From NCBI GenBank assembly GCA_031402635.1, contig JANNSM010000051.1, forward strand, positions 1 through 34,694: a stretch of DNA of 34,694 nucleotides, given 5' to 3'. Under the pieces are notes generated by a model. It was given only the letters and a program-made list of their open reading frames with translations, did not search any database and had not been told where the DNA came from. Position numbers and translations under genes: made by a program. Shown here piece by piece: positions 33,650 through 34,694 of this stretch. This stretch comes from Bacteroidota bacterium. GTDB taxonomy: Bacteria > Bacteroidota > Bacteroidia > Chitinophagales > BACL12. The number at the start of each line of letters is the position of its first letter. Positions within the stretch are counted from its first letter, which is position 1.

Positions 33650-34694
33650 ATGAATTCTATGCTCGTCCCAACTATGCTGCTCCGGCAGCTATACACAACA
33701 AACAGCCTGAAAAATGTTGAAGGCGGAGTCCGCTTTTCGATTAAAAACCGGCTTCAGGAAACCAAACTGACCTCCATTGACGAAATCACCATTGGGGGTG
33801 ATCAGATCCTGCAAGATCACATTCGCCTGGAATTTGGAACCGGCGAAAGCATGCCAGCTTCGGCCGTGACCGTGGATAATCCGGTTTCCTTTCCCCTCAA
33901 AGGCACCTTTGACATCATCTGTTCGGTTCCACACTTGCCCGAGGGTCGTCACGATATCGGCATAGCCTTCAGCACACAAAGCTTCGGCACCCTGAAATTC
34001 AACGTCTCGGATGGATTGGCGCTGGAAGTGCTGGACCGGACTAAAATTCCCCGCGACCTGGAAGATGATTACAGCCCCCAGGCTATCAATTCCCGGCAGG
34101 TTTTTGTGGAGCAGTACGCCGGGCGTAAACTGGAACACATCAAGCAATATTCATTTGATCCGCACCTGACCAAAGGAAACTGCGAGCATTTTACCGGGGT
34201 GGCGCAAATTCCACTGGGCATAGCTGGTCCGCTAAGGGTGAATGGGGAATATGCAAATGGTGACTTTGTGGTGCCGATGTGCACATCAGAGGGTACGCTG
34301 GTTGCCAGCTATAACCGGGGAATCAAAGTGCTCAACGCATGCGGAGGAGTTAAAACCACAATCGTTCGGGATGCCATGCAGCGCGCGCCGGTATTCATTT
34401 TTGAAGATGCCCGCGGAGCGCGTGACTTTGTGGACTGGGTAAAAGACCATTTCGCAAAGATTGCCGAAGAAGCCGAATCCACGACGAGGATCGGGCGGTT
34501 GCAATACATTGATCCCTACCTTTCCAACAAATTTGCATACCTGCGATTTAACTATTCCACCGGCGATGCAGCCGGGCAAAATATGGTGGGAAGGGCAACG
34601 TTTGCGGCCAGTTCCTGGATATTGGATAACTACAAGGAAAACAAAATTGAACACTTCTTTCTTGAATCCAACCTGGCCACCGATAAAAAGGCTT
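33650..34694 (+). CDS. Hydroxymethylglutaryl-CoA reductase (class I-like), partial, not in ORF track
   Basis: Hand translation contains GNCEHFTGVAQIPLGIAGPL, PMCTSEGTLVASYNRG, GDAAGQNMV and ESNLATDKKA. Open to the window end. Start at 33650 or 33659. Confidence 0.9.
   Translation, partial: MNSMLVPTMLLRQLYTTNSLKNVEGGVRFSIKNRLQETKLTSIDEITIGGDQILQDHIRLEFGTGESMPASAVTVDNPVSFPLKGTFDIICSVPHLPEGRHDIGIAFSTQSFGTLKFNVSDGLALEVLDRTKIPRDLEDDYSPQAINSRQVFVEQYAGRKLEHIKQYSFDPHLTKGNCEHFTGVAQIPLGIAGPLRVNGEYANGDFVVPMCTSEGTLVASYNRGIKVLNACGGVKTTIVRDAMQRAPVFIFEDARGARDFVDWVKDHFAKIAEEAESTTRIGRLQYIDPYLSNKFAYLRFNYSTGDAAGQNMVGRATFAASSWILDNYKENKIEHFFLESNLATDKKA

Noticed and set aside
33689-34654. Minus-strand ORFs 33689-34147, 34069-34284 and 34286-34654
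   Set aside because: Antisense shadows of the plus-strand HMG-CoA reductase.

Overview
Bacteroidota-type chromosomal window (T9SS-type C-terminal domain protein, TAnnTTTG-type promoters, signal peptides cleaved before Gln). It carries a ~23.5 kb integrated element (7110-30634) bounded by a 14-bp direct repeat, CAAATTAGTATTTT. The element sits in the short divergent intergenic region between galK and a GH1 beta-glycosidase. It encodes a tyrosine integrase, a divergent CI/Cro-like switch, an SF3-like helicase with a GGGACA iteron array, and a c4-like structured RNA. A long minus-strand morphogenesis operon contains an FtsK/HerA (A32-like) packaging ATPase, a 214-aa beta-rich capsid candidate, two paralogous small beta-rich proteins, a signal-peptide-bearing spike-like protein, a clan-A glycoside hydrolase lipoprotein and about 16 small single-TM proteins (5 missed by the ORF track). 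It also contains a GH108 muramidase whose A9 run could add a C-terminal membrane anchor by -1 slippage. I recognise no terminase, portal, HK97 capsid or tail gene, so I interpret the element as a tailless, probably lipid-containing provirus of a poorly characterised type. Fold assignments are inferred from motifs and context only. Flanking host genes: YfbK-like tail, TraB/GumN-like protein, alpha/beta hydrolase, FG-GAP/FN3/T9SS protein and galK on the left; GH1, metallophosphoesterase and partial HMG-CoA reductase on the right.
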